Positions 49,770-63,173 of a DNA stretch of 64,000 nt are shown piece by piece. Location of the stretch: positions 32,798,001-32,862,000 of the forward strand of contig CM022665.1 in the NCBI GenBank assembly GCA_012295275.1, read 5' to 3'. The number at the start of each line of letters is the position of its first letter. Position 1 is the stretch's first letter. The position numbers and the translations under genes were made by a program. This DNA is from Chrysomallon squamiferum (taxonomy: Eukaryota > Animalia > Mollusca). The notes below the pieces were generated by a model. The model was not told the origin of the DNA, made no database searches, and worked only from the letters and a program-made list of their open reading frames with translations.

Positions 49770-52679
49770 TCTTTGCATATATGTGCCTCTTTGTCACTGA
49801 CTTACTTTCTATCCCTTTCTCGATCTAACGCTCCCTCTCTTTTTCGTAATCTGTTTGCCTGTCGTTCAGTAAATGGCAAACATTTCACAGATGCGTGATT
49901 TAATTAGAAATTCCCAAAATATGAACAAAAACGTTTTTTATCTTTATTTATTTATTTTTATGTATAAAATATAGAACAATTTGAACAATAGTAAAATTAA
50001 GTGCAACTTGGCAACCATTTTGGTGAGTCGAAAGAATCAAATACAAATAAACAGATATTTATTCACGAACAAAATACGATTTATAGATCAAAAGCCCAAT
50101 AAATAATGCAGAATTCATTACACAGAGTGCTGGGTTACCAAGGTGTAATAGTATCATTCATGTAAGTAAAATACTCTATTACACTTCAGTGTATTCATTG
50201 GTTATTCTCCAGAAACGTTCCAGATTTCATGTTTTTGTCTTGTGTAATTTCACAAGTACCGGTCTGGTTCTGATCTTACATATTTTGAGTAATCTCTGTT
50301 TAAAGTTCAAACACGCCGTCTTTGGTATATATATATATATAGTAGTCCAAAAATTTATAAATTTAAAGAAAATTCCACATCCTTTCCTAAATACATTCTG
50401 TTTGAATGTTATCTTTAACAATAACTGTTATACGAGCATTAAATTCTTGATTAATATCATCAAGTCACCGACACAAGTAGTACTAAACTGTTTACTAATA
50501 TCATACGAGCATTAGTAAATCATCTAAGAAATAACAATAATAGTTCAAAATATATCTATATATCCAATATGGCCGCAATTAGCAGTAAAAGCTACGTAAT
50601 TCCTATACTAAAAGTTATCCCATAGTGGTATGTACCATTTCCTTTGAAAACATTTTGGAGTATGTTAAACTTTTTTTATTTCACCATGCAATTTACTTTA
50701 ACAATTAACTGTAAGCAGTCAGTTATTATATTCCTCTATTCATTAACGTTTATTGAGTAAGAATTTTATGTTCGATCCTAACCATAGTTTCACATGTATA
50801 TATGAAATCTGTGGTAGGTACTGCCATGGTTATGACGCTTGGCTTCAGAGAAATATAGAAGAATTAAACCCAACTATGGAGCAAAATGTAACTGATTAAT
50901 CATTGCAGGAGGAGATAAAAAAAATTAGAAAAGGGAGTACGTCATCTATAATTTTCAAGATGAAAATAATTTCATTATAAAAAAGGAAACTGCCATCGGT
51001 CTTGGCATTATATCCAGAGAATGTGACTACTATTATTTTTTTAGGATAACACTGTTTACATATAACATAAACCTACACTATTTACAGTCTGCTTTGTTTT
51101 ATGTTTAGGCAATAGTTGTAAGTGGAGTTGAATCTAAAAAACTTTATATCACTGCAGAATTTCACCATCTCAAAATTACCGTGTAGATAAACAAACTGAA
51201 CTTTTGAAATACACAAACGTACATCGCACGACCTGTCTTTGTTTCGTTTACAACTGCATACCGACAGCTAATATAATCCTAAACTGATTCTCATTAAATA
51301 ATTCTTTAACCCTAATTATGATCACGCAAAGAAATGATCACTGAATAATGTATTTATTTCATGGTATGCAAGCAATTACAAGCAGCATGATTCAACCATA
51401 GAGATCATTTTAAAATAACAGCAAAGAAAATACGTAATAATAATAATAATAATCAACAAAGAAATTACGAGAAAATAGAAGAAAGCGTCGGTAAAGAATT
51501 AGTTCACAAACAAGTATGGACTAATTAACTTTGTGACTAAATAACTAATTAATTAATTAATTAATTGTTGTTGTTTTTTGTGCGTGTGCGTATATGTGTG
51601 TTTTTATTGTAGGCCTGTTTACCGACTAATGTTCAACCCGAAGTCTAAATTAACTAGTTTATCAATATTAGGTCGATTATCTTTACCGTAATTATAGCCT
51701 GTTACGTTCAACAAATTGTGAGTGCTTTAATTACAAATCCTCACCAATACAAGAATGCAGGTGGTTGGGTTTATTATTTTCTGGGATAGCAGTGCATTAG
51801 ACCTAACCCTGGAATTTAAAACTTACGTATGCAAACGGACCTTTACGTATATTCAGCTAGTAACGGCAAAGGTAAGTGTATATAGACATTATTTCAACGT
51901 TTTCAACCTTTTTGTGTGTATGAGAATGAGTATCTCTATTTATATATTTTTAAGGTCCAAAGACGTAAACTTAAAATTAAATTTAAAAAGTTAAGAGGGA
52001 TGATTTTTATTAAGTTATATTCAAGGTCTGGAACAAAATGAACACATTATTTAAATGTTCGAAATAAAACGGACTGATTATTATCATTATTGGTTTGTTT
52101 GTTTTGCTTTTTTAAAATTGTTTTATTGTTATTATTATTTTTTTGTTACTATTATTTCTGAAGCACACCCGTCTGGAAATATAGAATATAAATTGTTTGG
52201 TTTAGATATTAATAAAACGCACCTACTTTGAAACTAACAAAAAATATTCTAAGAATGACCTTAAAGACCTAACAAAACCGTAAAGATACGATTATTTCAA
52301 ATAGAGTGTATGTTAGCTGAGATCATGTCCTCTCCTAACTGTACTTGTATAAAATCAAAATTACATTTAAAGGTACTATAATCACTATGTAACTTCAGTA
52401 TGCAGTGGTGTGCAGGGGTCTGGCGATGCCCGAGGCCAATTCCTTGATTGTATGCCCCAAAGACTGAAGTATAAGGCCTAGTAAAATAAACACTTTATTC
52501 GATCTAAATATAAATCAACCAAATTTATTAAGTTCTTTTCTCTGATTGGATGAACCCCATTTGGATGCCCGGGGCCACCGCCCCTTCGGTCCCACCCTCT
52601 GCACACCACTGGCAATATGTTATTTTGCCTACACCTGATTACGAAGATACATAAATCATCATGTATATCCTTCTTGAAT

Positions 52680-52713
<34 letters not shown>

Positions 52714-54376
52714 TAAAAAACCACATTGTTCTTGTTGTTGTTGTTGTTGTGTTAATACAAGCTTTTTGTGATAAAAATGTCATTATAATTTATATTCAGA
52801 AAGAAAACGAAATATATTTTTTTTTAGATTGTAAAGTAAAGGGTGAACAGGTAACAGTGAAAAAAATATTGTATTCTGCACTTGTTTTATGTAAATAAAT
52901 ATATTTTTAGATTCCAGTGTAACGACTGAAGGGGAGAGCAAACCAGTGAAGCCAGTCGAAGAAGCAGAACAAGAACAAGAAGCAGATGAAGCTGACATCC
53001 TGGAACTGGAGCGCCATAATGACTGTAAAGACGATGCAGCTGCTGAAGATCCAGTACTGACTGTCACTAGTGAAGCATATGAACAGAAGGTGAAGAAAAC
53101 AGAACAAACAAGAGAAGACATTTCGGAAGACTGTATAGAGAATAAAGACGAGGAAGAGAAAAAATCTGAATCATGTCATTCGGATACTGAAACATCGGAA
53201 CACGATAAAGAAAATATTAATCCTGATGTTCAGGAAGCTGAGATAGACACTGGTTTGGCTTCTGAAATAACACTTGTCAAGGGAGATCATTCTGGAATAG
53301 AAATTTCTATCTCTGAAGAATTTCAAGGAACAGAGCCTGAATTTGATGAAGAAAGTGAATCTGAGCTTTCTCTAACCAGACCAGCAGCAGAAGGCAGAGA
53401 AGAACGTGTAAATGACAGCGTTGTACAAGTGGAAGAAGCAAAACTAGACAGCACCGGCCACGAGGATCAAGAAACTATTCCAACAGAAGATCCCGTGCTT
53501 CGCGAAGTGCTGAAACAAGATAATAAAACATCTCCAGATACTGTTGAAGAATCTGAGGAACAATCTCCAATGGATACCGATACACGACCTCCGGCTTTTT
53601 GTAAATTTAGATATGCCAAAACAGTACCCACTGATGCTTCTAGTGTCATCTTTTTCACTTCAAAAGATCCTGTAAGTAATCTAATTTATCGTATATTTAG
53701 TTTTTAATTATTTTCATCTTGACGATGTTTCTATTTTATTGTCTCATACATACATATATATATATATATATATTTAAAAATTTAGTCGGCCTCCTATTAG
53801 AGGACTTAAACGAGGTGAGGTGGGGTACGAATGTTTTGTAGAAACTAAAACATCTGGATTTTCAGAAGGATGTAAGAAATACCACAAATATTTATATTAA
53901 CATTGTAGAATAATATACAGAACAAAATTGACTTTAAATTCTGTTTTTACTTACTCTTATAAAAAAAAAAAAAAAAATTCAGCTTGTTTTTATGTGATCG
54001 TTTTGTCCTGATCCTCACCTTTATCAGTGCCCCAAAACGAATTAAAATAATGTTATATATCTTGAGAATTCTGAGATAAAACAGAGAGCATGCACAGCAT
54101 GAATGCACACGTGGTCAGTATAAACAAACAGACAACTCCCGGACGGATCCCATTTCGATAGATTCGGAATATCATCAAATAGGGTGCGTTAAATGGAAGG
54201 TCGAGTGTAATGAATATTTTACATGTGACGTACGTTTAATTCTATGTATATAAATGTGTATATATATATACACACAAAATATATGGTTATATTTATATAT
54301 CGTTAAATTTAATAAAAGATATATTCATAAATCTATCAACGTACACAATAAGCACAAACGGACACATAGACATTAT

Positions 54377-54440
<64 letters not shown>

Positions 54441-54653
54441 TCTTATTCATAAAACATTAACAATTACATGTGTTTCAGGAAGAGCCTATTGTACTTACGT
54501 GGTCTGACACCGATTCGGCCTACTTGTCTCAGGAGATGACCGTAGAGTGTGGAGATTTCCATGGCAACGTGCTAATCAATGGCAAAACACATCCGGTTGA
54601 AGAATTTTCAGTTCGCACCTATACTTTCGAAATTGATTTATATCTCACAGAAG
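45763..54653 (+). CDS. Unidentified acidic protein region; join(45763..45808, 52911..53671, 54479..54653), open at the 3' end (phase 1)
   Basis: MSQRKPEGTSVDFEP G|GTAAGC fits the acceptor at 52910. A Glu/Asp-rich exon is followed by a compact hydrophobic domain split over two exons. Phases are consistent. Confidence 0.7.
48419..48491. repeat. (AG)n microsatellite
   Basis: Direct reading. Confidence 0.95.
49676..49766. repeat. (TC)n microsatellite
   Basis: Direct reading; explains the spurious ER/SL-repeat ORFs. Confidence 0.95.
51829..51871 (+). CDS. Candidate alternative first coding exon (MQTDLYVYSASNGK)
   Basis: ATG, 43 nt, consensus donor AAG|GTAAGT, phase 1 matching exon 52911. Confidence 0.4.
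52403..52611. mobile_element. hAT-type MITE, 209 bp
   Basis: TIR CAGTGGTGTGCAG...CTGCACACCACTG; flanking 8-mers TCAGTATG / GCAATATG (6/8, decayed TSD). Confidence 0.8.
52911..53671 (+). CDS. Acidic exon of unidentified gene
   Basis: ORF 52946..53707 bounded by tttttag and CCT|GTAAGT. Confidence 0.85.
54479..54653 (+). CDS. Exon of unidentified gene (EEPIVLTWSD...EIDLYLTE)
   Basis: tgtttcag acceptor, AAG|GTACGT donor, in phase with the previous exon. Confidence 0.8.
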
Positions 54654-55426
54654 GTACGTTTAACCGTTATTTTATTAGTGCTTGTTTTGTGTACACAAAT
54701 AGTGTTAATAACCCGACAGTCCTAATTTATATACTGGATCTTTGTTGTGTAATAGTTGCTAAATCCTTATTTATATGTTAGTATCGCTATTGTAGTCCGA
54801 AATTTTATAATTCTATATTTTATTAATACTTATTTATATAGCGGGTTTTAAAATGTTATTGCGGTTAAAATTATTACTAGTAATTCGAAAGTTAATAAAT
54901 ACTTATTTATATATTAGTAATGCGGTTGTGTAGATAATTATTATTAATAATTAGACAGATGCTAAATACTGACATGCAGTAAATAAGCTTTGTTGCACAT
55001 GGGATTTTTGGCTTGTTTTTTTACGGTTAATAGAAATTAATAATGAATAAATTATTGTTTTTATATTATTAGTGAATTACCATTATATCGAGACACACTC
55101 ATTTCTTATCCATTTTTTCACAGAGGTGTAATGGGTACTGTAGTTAGGATTAGATTTAGAAACTGCATAAATGTGTGCCTATAACTGTCATGTTTGGATA
55201 TTTCTTTCATAGAAGTATGTTTAAAAAAGTAATAAATAAATAATGTTGTTATAATAATTTTTATTTATTTTTTTATTTTTTTTTTAATTTACTTTTATTT
55301 TCTCCAAACGAAAAATAAATAATTGTTCGGTTTATATACTTTGTAAAACAAAACCTCTCATTTAAAAAAAAAAAAAATAAAATAAAATCATAATAATAAT
55401 AATGAATAATAATAATAATAATAATA

Positions 55427-55459
<33 letters not shown>

Positions 55460-56323
55460 TTTTTTTTTTTTTTTTTTTTAAATTAATAACATAAAGTAAA
55501 ATAAAACGTTAACAGTGGAATATTCTAAGTCCTGTCAGTAAAATTAATGTCAAGCAGGACTGTTGTTTTGTTATTTGTAACAGACGATATTCCACGGGGG
55601 GGGAATTTAAAATTATAAAAAAGACAAAGAAAAGAAAAGAAAAGGAGATAAAAAAATTAAGAAAAAAAGAGTCAATTTTAATTATTATTATTACTTTTTA
55701 TATTTTTGGTGTATATTTTGGAAGATTGTTTAAATTCAATAGCTAGTTCTTTGTGATTAACTGACCTATGTAACAGACAATTGACAAGGGTGTTAACCTT
55801 AACCTGGCAGATATAATTTTGAAACTGATATATGGCTGTCACATTATGGCCTCTGATTGTCAGAGGATATATTTTGAAAAGAAAGAATGCTGCTGTGTAA
55901 TAGTCAGATGGGCATTTTAAATAAGGTGGTATGGTAGATTGGTAAGCTGAATGCAGCGGATATTTCCAAAGAATGGAGGCAAGTATAATTATGTCACTGT
56001 AAGATGTATATTAACAGACATAATCCATTGAACCATAACGACAATCTTATACTGAAATTATTACTAAATATACTGAACTAAAAAATTAGGGGTCATCCAA
56101 TTTTCTTTTCATACGTGTAACAACAAATCTAATACAGTGGATATATATGAATGACAGCAAAAACAAGACTGTTTTGTGGACATAAATCTGAAATCTTCAT
56201 TTGACGGTTGATTAACTGCAAAAAACATATCAACTACTGAAATGTGAATATGTTTATATATGATCCCTACATTTTTTTATTCAGTATATTTAAAGTTCAG
56301 TACATCTTCTGTTTCTTGAGTTA

Positions 56324-56357
<34 letters not shown>

Positions 56358-56491
56358 TGAACAAACAAACACAAAATCAACATTATTCTGTTTATATATG
56401 AATTATTTTTGTTTAATGAAATGCAGCTCAATTTATGACAGTTTGGTTCACACTTTTTAATTCAATTTATTATATCCTATTTGTCATACAG

Positions 56492-56506
56492 ATTTAGAAA
56501 ATGACA
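56492..56506 (+). CDS. Candidate 15-nt microexon (or start of a terminal exon ending at 56589)
   Basis: ttgtcatacag acceptor, ACA|GTGAGT donor, phase 1-1. Confidence 0.4.
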
Positions 56507-56654
56507 GTGAGTACAATACAAAATATAATCGTGTGAGGCACTGTCAACTTGTAATAGTATACTCAACAACAGCTTTCGTCATATGTTAAAGATAAGCAGT
56601 CGTATATTAATAACTGTGTTAGAAAAGTAATAGATTTTTGTTTAAATTGTTATC

Positions 56655-56700
<46 letters not shown>

Positions 56701-57969
56701 TGATGATGATGATGACGATAATAATAAATATAATGGTGATAAACAAATAATAATTAAGAGAGCTATGTACAAATAACAGTTAAAGTAACTTTTATGATAC
56801 TTAAAAAAAAAAAAAAAAAATGTATAATGTTCTCTTGAACAGTTTTTCCATAACCCATAAGGCTCTAAATACAGTGCACAAACACTGTCTGAATCGTGCA
56901 TGTATAGAAAAGAGAGAATAAAATTATAACTAAGACGTTGATCAGCCGAATGCAGTATTTAACATATGTCTATTTATAAAGGTATTTATCAAAGGTTTAT
57001 GTTTAATGATTTTTGAATTATGTTAACCAATCCTTTTAATTTATCTCCTTACAAAACAAATTTGTTATTGAGTATAATTATTAACAAACTCCCCTCTGTG
57101 TCCTTTGCTATTTTCCTTGCCTTTGTTGCTGCTAGAATGTTATTTTTATTTCTAATTTTTTCTATATATGGGAAGCGAAATGCAACTGAAAGAACTAAAT
57201 AAAGTTAGATTATAATATTTACCTTCTTAAATCATATGCTATCAGTGAATTTCTTTCTTTATTTTTAAAATTAGGCTAAGAATAAAATTCCACTAAAGAA
57301 AGAAAAAATATTTCAGAAGATGATGCACTATGTGTATAATAGATGCTAACAGAACCAATAAGGGATTTAATTTTTTAATTTTTGTCTTTTCTTTGCTTAT
57401 TGCCCTGCCAACTTATCAGAAAAAGAACTAAAATCGTATTTTCTACTAGCACGTAACTAATGTTTAGATGGGCTAATTTAAAATGGCATAACTCTGGGTA
57501 GTGGAATTCTAGTTAAAAAAGAAAAAAGAAACATAAAGCTAAATGGATATGATAAGTATGTCTCGATATTCACACTGCTATAAACACATACATGCATATC
57601 GATGTATACACACACATGCCTACATATTAAAACATACATATGCATATCATTTAGCTGGGGCACCTCAGCAAGGAGAAAAACATATACACAACACAAAATA
57701 TCGTTTTATTCTGACACTATTTCTTTATATATTACAATTTATATGCATATTTTGTTTTTAATACAGAATATCTCCATGAAAAACGATACCAACGTAGTAG
57801 GTTATTTTCTGTTTGTTTGTTTGTTGTTTGTTTTGTTTGTTTGTTTTTTGTTGGGGTTTTTTAGCATATAATCTATGGCACTATTTATAGGACAGTATAA
57901 AACGAGTTAATAATTACAGATAGAACATGTACGGGCTCTAGAATAAATTAATATATCAACAAAATATGA

Positions 57970-58150
57970 TATTAACAGTTACTTGGTGTCCATCATATGC
58001 TTTCTTTGAATCGATGAAATGAAAGAGAAAAATTGTTACAGCCACTCTGTGGGTGTATTATTATCAATTAGCCGTAAGAAAAATATTTTTATAACAACCT
58101 TCCCACAAACAGTAAAACACTTATTACAGATTTAGATAAAACAGCGTTCG
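57970..58150 (-). mobile_element. Degenerate SINE-like remnant, possibly same family as 19894
   Basis: Resembles the reverse complement of the same recalled SINE core (..gccact...caattagc...tcccacaaacag..); heavily decayed. Confidence 0.3.
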
Positions 58151-58159
58151 AGAAAGAGA

Positions 58160-58195
<36 letters not shown>

Positions 58196-58453
58196 GTTAG
58201 AATTAATATAAAATGACTTTTGATAAATACATTTAATTTTTCCTCTTCCGACCAGAGGTTCTCTACTGATTTATTGCAGTGTATTGTGAAACTGGACGTT
58301 CAAGATTTGTTTATTAAAGATTTTATTTTTCAGTCATGCTTCACGATGATTATTTTTTCGTTGTTTTAATTAATTTGTTTATTGATTTTTAAAAATGTAT
58401 TTGTTAATAATATAAATATTTTTTATCTGCTATATTATTTTATAACATCAAAC

Positions 58454-58500
<47 letters not shown>

Positions 58501-58548
58501 GTAAGAGAAAAAGAAAAAAGGTGCACACTAAAGTTAACACTTAAACTA

Positions 58549-58758
58549 TTGGGTTAAGGAATAAGTCATTGCGGTTAAATTAAATTTAATCATTACATAG
58601 AAGAAAACTTAAGCTTAACTGATAACAAGATGTAATTTAATCAGTAATAAATTTTCCGTTGTTATTACCACTTCTTCACAACGGTCAACAAGTTTTTCGA
58701 TGCCTCCGCAATAAATCTGAATCAGTTATGAACCGCAATGACTTATTCCTGAACCCAA
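58549..58758. mobile_element. Mariner-type MITE, 210 bp
   Basis: 28-bp TIR TTGGGTT(A/C)AGGAATAAGTCATTGCGGTT (27/28 identical), TA TSD on both sides. TIR style resembles Hsmar1/Made1. Confidence 0.9.
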
Positions 58759-58954
58759 TACATAACTATATAATAAACAAAAGCATGTTAATTTTCTTTC
58801 TTTAATAACATACAGGTGTAAACATACGCCAACCTATGACAGACATGACTGTACATGTTAGATGTTGCACGAATCAACACTAACTAATGTATATACAAAA
58901 ACAGCACTTATGAAATCTTACACGTAAGCCCTGATTGGCTGTTTTATTGTTTGG

Positions 58955-59031
<77 letters not shown>

Positions 59032-59275
59032 TAGACAGACAGACAGACAGATAGATAGATAAATAGGTAGGTAGGTAGATAAAACAAGTTCAGTTAAATA
59101 TATCACATGCTCAGTTTTAGCGGCGCCAATTACCAGTGAAAATTAATCTGTCTAAACTTGCAGTCGCCGGTTAGCTAAACGTTTTTCGTTTGACATGTTT
59201 CCGAAAGTCAAAGGCCGTAGACTTTGGGTTAAAGGTGCTTTTTAACTTATATTTAATAATAATAATTAGAAGAAG

Positions 59276-59300
<25 letters not shown>

Positions 59301-59306
<6 letters not shown>

Positions 59307-59339
59307 GCAACAAGAACGATATTATTATTATTATTGTAA

Positions 59340-59407
<68 letters not shown>

Positions 59408-59476
59408 GAGAGAGAGAGAGATATAGAAATATATATATTACAATAATAATAATAATATCGTTCTTGTTGCTGTTGT
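59301..59476. repeat. Fold-back palindrome: perfect 42-bp inverted arms around a (CT)n(AT)n(AG)n core
   Basis: 59301-59342 is the exact reverse complement of 59435-59476. Confidence 0.9.
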
Positions 59477-61028
59477 ATATATATTTATATAAGTTCGAAA
59501 GTTTTAAAATTCTCATGCAGATGTAAACAATTAGGTTAAATAAGTAGTGCCTGTTTTCTTTAAATTTTAAACAAATTATAATTATATTTTTAAAATAATA
59601 TAATTATTTTGTATTATCTGCTAACTCATTAACCTAAACTTTTGTCTCAATATGTAATTTGCATTTAAATCATAACATACTAGAAATACATGTAACTTTG
59701 TTATCGTGCTGAAACCAAATCGTTTTTTATTTCGTATTTTATATAAACTAACACCCAGCCAAAGCAGAGCGTGACCATGGACGACGAACTGTAAACATTT
59801 TCGTCGTTTTCCATTTCATTGATTTAGCTACGCTATGTTTTCATATTCATTTTTTATTTCACGATAAAATAAATAAATATTTTAAAGTAATTAACTATAT
59901 TTAACTGAGTGTGTAGTTTTTGCTTCGGAGTATTATTTACTATTTTATTTAAAACTGCTATTTTATAAGACGTGAAAATCAGACCGGTAGGGTGTTTCAA
60001 TGTTTCTTATTATTTCTTTATTTCTTTATTTACTAAGTAGGAATAAAAATTATATAACTGATGCTGGACTCCAACAGCAAACTGAACAAAAAGTAACTGA
60101 ACTTAAACATCATGTATGTAACAGTATGGATGTATATATATATATATAATTTTGTGTGTGTGTGCGTGTCAAAACCTTGTAGATCACCTTATTTTGTCTT
60201 GTATTATTAAAATCTCATTTATATAAATTATATTTTGATGGAACGTATAATTATAATATTAAAAAATTAATGATTAAATTTAACTCATTAAATATGATGC
60301 ATTTTAAAGCTAAATGTATGCATTGTTTAGAATGGTGTTGGTATTGTAAACCTTAATTATTATTTTTTCAACATCAGTGTAAAAAATAAAAACATAAACT
60401 GGTTCATGTAATACTAAATGTTTTTCAGTTCTGTGTTTCATTTAACCACCCCTTTTATATGACAGATAATAAATATATTATTTTTCCACACACACACACA
60501 TTGAAAACAATTGACATTTTGCCAGAAAATCAAACGGACATTTGTTCTAGTATCTAAAATGTTAAGTCAGACAGAATATACATAGATAATAAATTCATTT
60601 GACTGTGCACACATTGATTGGATAACATCCAGAAACCTGGTTTAGGTCAGTGAATGAGGCTTACTGTGGGAGACAAAATCCAGTGGGTAATGCTGATACA
60701 ATCTCTTATGTTTTAATATATAAAGATAAATATTTTTCTTCATTCTGAACAGTTGTGACTTACTAGCTTTGGTTGGGCAGGATAATTTCTTTTTCTTTTA
60801 CAATAAACATAAAAAGAGGAACAGTATTTTAGGAGTGAAGATAAATAATTGTTCTTGTTTTATAGCACACCTGTTACGTTTCAGGTTTGAAATGATTGTT
60901 TATGCCATTATTTCTGACAATAGTTGATGGATTTTTAGCAAATATTACATTTATATATTAAAAAATGAATTTGTTTTTATAAGTATTGACCAGAAACTAT
61001 TTATAGGTCATAAAATTTGCTTTTACAG

Positions 61029-63091
61029 ATATTATTGAAGATGAAGTAGGTGCCTATGAAACACAAGCCCAGGAAGAGGAATTCCAGAGAAGTCTCCGTC
61101 CTCAAGTGGTTGATACTTTCAGTGACATAAATTCTGATCTTGCAGCTTTGACAAAAATGGCTAACAATGATGAAAGTGGAATTCACTTATCATCAAAGTA
61201 TGAGGAACTTGTAAGGCAGCAACTGGCACATAAAGAGATTTTTAGCAGCAGTCTTGAAAATGAACTGAACTCACCTAATCATTCACAGAATAGTTCAAAG
61301 AGGCAGACTCCTGTAGGTGATGCTAATGCTATGCAGGAAAAGGAACTGTTTTCACAGTATGATCTTACACCAAACAGTTCACCTAAACACACATCACAAT
61401 GTGAGCAAACTGTGGTTGAGACAAGAGAAATTATGTATAAATCTAATTATTCTCAGCCATCATCAAGGTCAGTCAGTGAATTTTCTGGCAGTCTCCCTAG
61501 CTATAACAGAGTTTCTCCTTACAAGGAAAAAACCGATGAAACAGAAAGCCAAAGATTTATTGAAGGTCAGGATCAGAGATCATTAGATAATTTTCAGAGG
61601 CAAACTTCGGAAGAAGAAAGAAGGTCTTTGTCATCCCGTGGGTTAGTAAGACAAACACCAGAAAGATCCACGGATGAGATTGTAAACAGATCATCACATT
61701 CTTCAAGGCAAACTCCAGAACCCATAGCTGATGTTTTGGAGCATCAAAAAAGTATCAATCCTCAGAGATCAGCTCACAGTTCTACCAGGACAACACCACA
61801 GAAAGAGTTGTTAAGAGATGACACCACCAATTTTGCTTCCCCAGTTCATTTACAGAGACAGAGTCCAGCAAGAGAAGTGATTACGGATGTATTGAGAAGC
61901 AGTCAGGAAAGACTATATGAATCTCAAGAGATTTCCAGACCAGGATCAAGACCTTCCAGTTCTGGTGGAAGCAGACATAGTGTTTCTAGCAGACAGCAGA
62001 GTATTACAAGTGAGCAAGAATTGGCTCAGTACTTAGATGATCCCGGTAGAGCTAGGGACATACCTCGCAGGGCAGCTTCACTGACTGGCCTGAATCAGGC
62101 CGACTCCCTTCTTCCACCCCTCAGTGCACAAGGTACATCTAGTGTGCCTCCTTTAGCTGGGAGAAGAATCACAACTCCAGATAATCATATCAGAATACCA
62201 AACAATACCTCCCCTGCTCTGCGTAGTCCCTTGATCACAAGCAGAGCTTCTACTTCATCAAATGATTCATGTTTAAGTAATAAGACTGTAACACCTGTAG
62301 AAAATGTATCTAAGGAGGTAAGCTATTTAACTGAAATTCAGTTCAGATAAAAAAAAAAATTCATATCTCTAGATTTTTTTCTATTTCTTTTTAGAAGTTT
62401 TAAATTTAAACTTATTTTAAAAAAGAATATTATGAAATTGTATTTTAAAATCAACTAATGAGAGTAAGAAAGAATTTGGATGAAAAAATATAAAAGAGAG
62501 ATAGAAAACTAGATATTATTTCATCTTTATGACCATGTCTTTAACATGTACAGAAAATATAATATAATTTTGATATTTAAGTTAAAGTTTGTTGTACATA
62601 TAGAATATGAGGAAGATTCACGATCTGGAACAAAGTGTAACAAACTTAAGAAAACTCTTGAGCAGTCGAGAAGCTGAGATCTATCAGCTAACAGATCAGA
62701 TTCGTGATCTTCGCGATATCAATCGATCACTGTGTCAGGAACTGGAACATTTCAAGAAACAAATGGGGACAGCGGATAACAGAGAGGTAACTTTCCAATC
62801 ATTGGGGTTTCTTGTTACAGAATTTTGTACTGATTAGATTTCTGTGTTTGAATTTGTCACAACATTTTTGGTGGGTTTAATCAGTATAATAATTATAAAA
62901 ACATAATTGCTCCATTTTTGTAAATCAAAATGTATTTTATCTTCTCTATTACCTGACTAAACTCAATATTTGTCTATCACTTTAAAAAAATATAATAAAC
63001 AAAAATAAAAATATTGAATTTATCATTTGATGGGTGTCATTTAATATTTTTGGAGGAATCTTGTATTTTTACTTTTTGTAAAAATAATAAA

Positions 63092-63173
<82 letters not shown>

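Noticed and set aside
52828-52850. 23-nt exon-like segment (tttag...CAG|GTAACA)
   Set aside because: Would shift the frame for the phase-1 first exons and leave only a 60-nt intron.
49597-59516. ORFs with ER/SL/Y/L homopolymer runs (49597, 49647, 54254, 56653, 58918, 59331)
   Set aside because: Translations of microsatellites.
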